Origin: Octopus sinensis
Lineage: Eukaryota
DNA: 12,540 nucleotides
NCBI RefSeq assembly: GCF_006345805.1
Contig: NW_021826531.1
Location: 1-12,540 of the forward strand
Direction of reading: 5' to 3'
The notes under the pieces are model-generated. The model was not told where the DNA came from. It saw nothing but the letters and a program-made list of their open reading frames with translations, and searched no databases. The stretch's first letter is position 1; each line of letters begins with the position of its first letter. The position numbers were made by a program, and so were the translations under genes. Shown here piece by piece: positions 9,150 through 12,540 of this stretch.

Positions 9150-10473
9150 CATGCTAAAGAGAACTGGATGCGGATACAACTGTTACGACAAAACAATCAG
9201 CCACGGAAATGTTACTACAGACAGTACATAGATTTGCCAAAAAAATAAATATGAAATTTCGATTAGAGAAATGTGCCAAAGCAACCTTGAAAAGAGGATG
9301 ACTAGTTAAGAGAAGCAGCATCACACTAGATAAAGCAAATGAAATAAGAGAATTAGACCAAAGCCAGACATGCAAATATTTTGGAATCAATGAACTAGAT
9401 ACGATACAACACACACAAATGAAAGAGAAAATAAGAAAAGAATACTGTAGACGAGTTTGATTAATACCGAAAACAGAGCTCAATGCTAAAAACAAGATAA
9501 TAGTTATCAACGCTTTAGCCGTCCCAGTTATAAGTTACAGCTACAATATTGTTAACTGGACATGAACTAACCAAAATAGACAGGTAAACAAGAAAAATAA
9601 TGACAGGATCTAGGATGCACCACCCAAAATCTGACATACAAAGGCTATATATAGAAAGTATCGGAGGTGATAGAAGCCTTATACAGCTAGAAAACTATTA
9701 CAAAATAACTACTATAGGACTGCAGAAATACCTACTTCAGAAGCAACGAAAACTAATACAAATAGCCACAAAACACGTGCAAAACAAAAAAAAATGTTTT
9801 CAGTGTTTAAGGAAGCTGACAAATACAAACAAGAAGTCATAGTACCTAACAAGTAGGAAGAAGAAGCAAAAACCACAAAAGCTGTAAAACAAAGGAAATC
9901 CAAACTAAAACTAGAACAGCAACGGATCATGATAAAACGATGGCAAGAAAAGCCCCTTCATGGCAAATACTGGGCTAAACCAAACGCAAAAGAAACAGAC
10001 AAAGCAAAACCCCAGCAATGGCTGAGAAGCTCAGAGACTGAAGGATTTTTAATTGCCTCCCCAACAGAAATTACCAAAAACATGCAATAAAAAGAAACAT
10101 AACAAGTAACTGCAGAATGGAGATGGACAAGAAGCAATAAATCATATTGTCTCTGGCTACCCAGTCCTGGTTGAGAACAGACACGACAGAGTTGGGACCC
10201 ACATACACTGGAGGCTAAGCTATTCCAACCCTATGAATTAACAACAGACAAGAGACGGTATAGGCACACTCCAGAAAAGGTCACAGAAAACGAGAAAGCA
10301 ACCATACTCTGGGATATGCCAATACACACAGATAGAGAAATTAAGGCCAATAGGCCAGATATAGTTGTCAGAGATCATGAAGGGGAAAAATGCTTTCTAA
10401 TTGATGTATCAATACCAACAGATGACGACGTTTCTCTAAAAGAAATGGAGAAACTTTAACTTTCAAAATACAA
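9149..10473 (+). mobile_element. Second decayed R4/Dong-type LINE fragment (RT C-terminus, thumb, zinc-knuckle remnant, REL start)
   Basis: Translates to MKFRLEKCAK, KYFGINE, KTELNAKNKI..INALAVPVISYSY, MHHPKSDIQRLY, WQEKPLHGKYW, ETEGFLIA, INHIVSG, RHDRVG and NRPDIVVRD..FLIDVSIP. Region 10278-10473 is closely similar to 7912-8100. There are many stops and deletions. Confidence 0.92.
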
Positions 10474-10603
10474 TATATAATATATATATATATATTATAT
10501 ATATATATTATATATATATATATATAATCTATATATATATATATATGTAATGTATATATATGTATATATATGTATATATATATACATATATATATATACA
10601 TAT
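10474..10603. repeat. (TA)n microsatellite
   Basis: Directly visible. Confidence 0.95.
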
Positions 10604-10697
10604 AAATATTATTAGAGACAAAACCACTATTTTGCAAAACAAACAAGGAAAGACTTAATCAATACATAAAATTTTAATAAATAGTCAAAAAAAACCG

Positions 10698-10739
10698 CCA
10701 CTACAATCGTTTCTGTCTTGATCAACAATCTTCAGGTGG
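10698..10739 (-). ncRNA. Minimal type I hammerhead ribozyme, minus-strand copy
   Basis: Minus strand: CCAC-CTGAAGA-TTGTTGATCAAGACA-GAAA-CGATTG-TA-GTGG. The core is intact; stem II is altered by C>T and loss of one A. Confidence 0.8.
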
Positions 10740-10775
10740 ACTTCCAATAAGTCAGTTTCAAGACTTATTGGAAGT

Positions 10776-10818
10776 CCACCTGAAGATTGTCGATCAAGAC
10801 AAGAAACGATTGTAGTGG
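10776..10818 (+). ncRNA. Minimal type I hammerhead ribozyme, plus-strand copy
   Basis: Stem I CCAC/GTGG, core CTGAAGA (10780-10786), stem II TTGTC-gatcaa-GACAA, GAAA (10803-10806), near-palindromic stem III ACGATTGT, GTA triplet (10812-10814). Confidence 0.9.
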
Positions 10819-11019
10819 CGGTTTTTTTGACTATTTATTAAAATTTTATGTATTGATTAAGTCTTTCCTTGTTTGTTTTGCAAAATAGTGGTTTTGTCTC
10901 TAATAATATTTTATAATATTTTACTATAAAATTGGATTTAATCCTAAATCTGATTTTTTTCCCTGTAAATTTGGATTTATTCCCTAATATTTATTATTAT
11001 ATATACATATATATATATT

Positions 11020-11085
11020 TGCGTGTTTGTGCCAGTGTTTCCCCCTACACATCACCACAATCGCTTGACAACATGTTGGCAAAAT
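11020..11085 (+). mobile_element. Short remnant of the SINE family A 3' half
   Basis: GTGTTT..CCCCC..CGCTTGACAAC then TTGGCAAAA match segments of 544-600, with an internal deletion. Confidence 0.5.
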
Positions 11086-11097
11086 ACAACATTTCTG

Positions 11098-11167
11098 GTG
11101 GGTAAGAGATAAACTCTCCAGTGGTTAAGATAAGGCTCTCCCGTGGGTAAGATACCAGCTCTCCCGT
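11098..11167. repeat. Three-copy 22-23-bp minisatellite
   Basis: GTGGGTAAGAGATAAACTCTCCA / GTGGTTAAGATAAGGCTCTCCC / GTGGGTAAGATACCAGCTCTCCC. Confidence 0.85.
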
Positions 11168-11279
11168 TCCCTTGTAAATTCCATAGCGGTCCCTTTTGCT
11201 GGTTCACATGGCTGTTCCTTTGTTGAGCCTCTTTTTGATTCAATGATTTTTGCTCGTATGGAGCTCAAAGTGTTATATT

Positions 11280-11956
11280 TGTCAATTCTGTTACATCGTA
11301 AGACCTCGCAAGATCCCTCATGACATCTTGGTACATATTAGTACATAGCGGTACATTTCATCACTTTCTGCAATGTCCTGCTATGTTCTGGCACATTGTG
11401 AGACGCCGTGGGACATTGTGGGGTCATTGTTGGACGTCTTAGGATTTTCCGAGATATTCTAGAACATTCTGAAACATCGTGAGACGCTTTGGAATATCGT
11501 GGCACATCTTAACACTTCTTATGGGATTCTAGTACTTTCTGGTATGTCCTGGGACATTATGAAATGTCGTGAGATATTCTAAGTATTTCTGTAAAATCAA
11601 ACAACATTGTGGCACATTATGAAACCATTGCGAAACATCATGGGTTAACGTGGAACATCGTGGGACATGATAGGACATCCTAGGTTTTCCTGTAACATTT
11701 TGGCATCCTGTGAGACCTGGGACATCTTAGAAAATCGTGGGGCATCTTAGGATTTTGTGTATCATTCTGATACATTCTAGCTTGTTCTGGGACATTATGG
11801 AACACTCTGTAACATCATGCGACACCCTACGCATTCCTATAACATTCTAATATAATCTAACACAACGAGGAACATTCTGAGCAATCGTGGTTTATTCTGG
11901 CAGGTCCTGGGACATCTCGACACAGCGGCGAACATCCCGGGACTTTCTCAGACATA
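11280..11956. repeat. Degenerate 10-bp tandem array (~65 units, consensus about RGRACATYYT)
   Basis: Phased units such as GAGATATTCT AGAACATTCT GAAACATCGT GAGACGCTTT GGAATATCGT GGCACATCTT. The period is kept with few indels. Confidence 0.85.
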
Positions 11957-12182
11957 AACGGATGTGTTGCAGTGTCTCCACTCTGCAGTATGTTAGCACC
12001 AGTTAACGCATTCACATTTTCTCTGCGACGCAATTCCCCCCGCAGGCCGTTAATGTTAATCAATAAACAATTAGAAAAAATCATTTTTTTTTCTCCGTAT
12101 ATTTTTTTAGAGCAAATATGACAAATCTATTTCCACACCCACTTCTGTCTAAAATAGAAAAGTCAGATTAAGAGAGCCATAT

Positions 12183-12184
<2 letters not shown>

Positions 12185-12243
<59 letters not shown>

Positions 12244-12489
12244 TGTTTGTGTGTGTGTCTTTGTGTGTGTGTGTGTCTGTGTTTGTTTGTGTGTGTATGT
12301 GTGTGTGTTTGTGTGTGTGTGTGCGTGCGTGTGTGTGTGTTGTGTGTGTGTGTGTGTGCGTGCGTGTGTATCTGTGTTTGTGTGTGTGTGTTTAACGAGA
12401 AACAGAGTAAGAGAGACAGAGAGAGAGAGAGAGAGAGAGGAGAACGATAGATGTATGTACGTACACATATGTATGCAATACAAATATAT

Positions 12490-12540
<51 letters not shown>
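12185..12540. repeat. Compound microsatellite: (GT)n ~12185-12390, (GA)n ~12411-12439, (TA)n ~12485-12540
   Basis: Directly visible. Confidence 0.97.

Larger units (their letters stand above)
10604..10911. repeat. Long inverted repeat: 150-bp arms with an 8-bp spacer
   Basis: Arms are 10604-10753 and 10762-10911, spacer AGTTTCAA. By eye they differ by one substitution and two 1-bp indels. Confidence 0.97.
10604..11000 (+). mobile_element. Penelope-like terminal repeat (pLTR) remnant with an inverted partial copy, inserted in (TA)n
   Basis: An AT-rich unit carrying a minimal hammerhead (10762-11000) is preceded by its inverted partial copy, with TA repeats on both sides. Minimal hammerheads and inverted pLTRs are established PLE hallmarks. 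No ORF is present. Confidence 0.72.

Noticed and set aside
11098-11956. CRISPR array, or p53/NF-kB site array
   Set aside because: There are no unique spacers or cas genes and the context is eukaryotic. The units lack the p53 CWWG core, and the kB resemblance (GGGACTTTCT) is isolated and imperfect.
12163-12538. CV/HT-repeat ORFs (also 660-955 and 10368-10646)
   Set aside because: They are dinucleotide repeat artefacts.

Overview
AT-rich, repeat-dense eukaryotic DNA with no intact host gene. The SINE and retroelement types suggest an invertebrate, probably a cephalopod (inference from recalled repeat families, not a search). The window holds several tRNA-derived SINEs of three families, many microsatellites (TA, GT, TAA, CTT), and a decayed Penelope-like retroelement (RT plus C-terminal GIY-YIG, Naiad-like) with a degenerate hammerhead ribozyme in its 3' terminal region. 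It also holds a decayed Ty3/Gypsy gag-protease relic, two R4/Dong-type LINE fragments next to (TAA)n, an unclassified 550-bp insert in (TAA)n and a CpG-rich promoter-like patch. The most striking structures are a near-perfect 308-bp palindrome carrying two divergent minimal hammerhead ribozymes (10604-10911) and a ~670-bp degenerate decamer array resembling heat-shock elements (11280-11956). Most ORFs in the supplied track are microsatellite or SINE artefacts.
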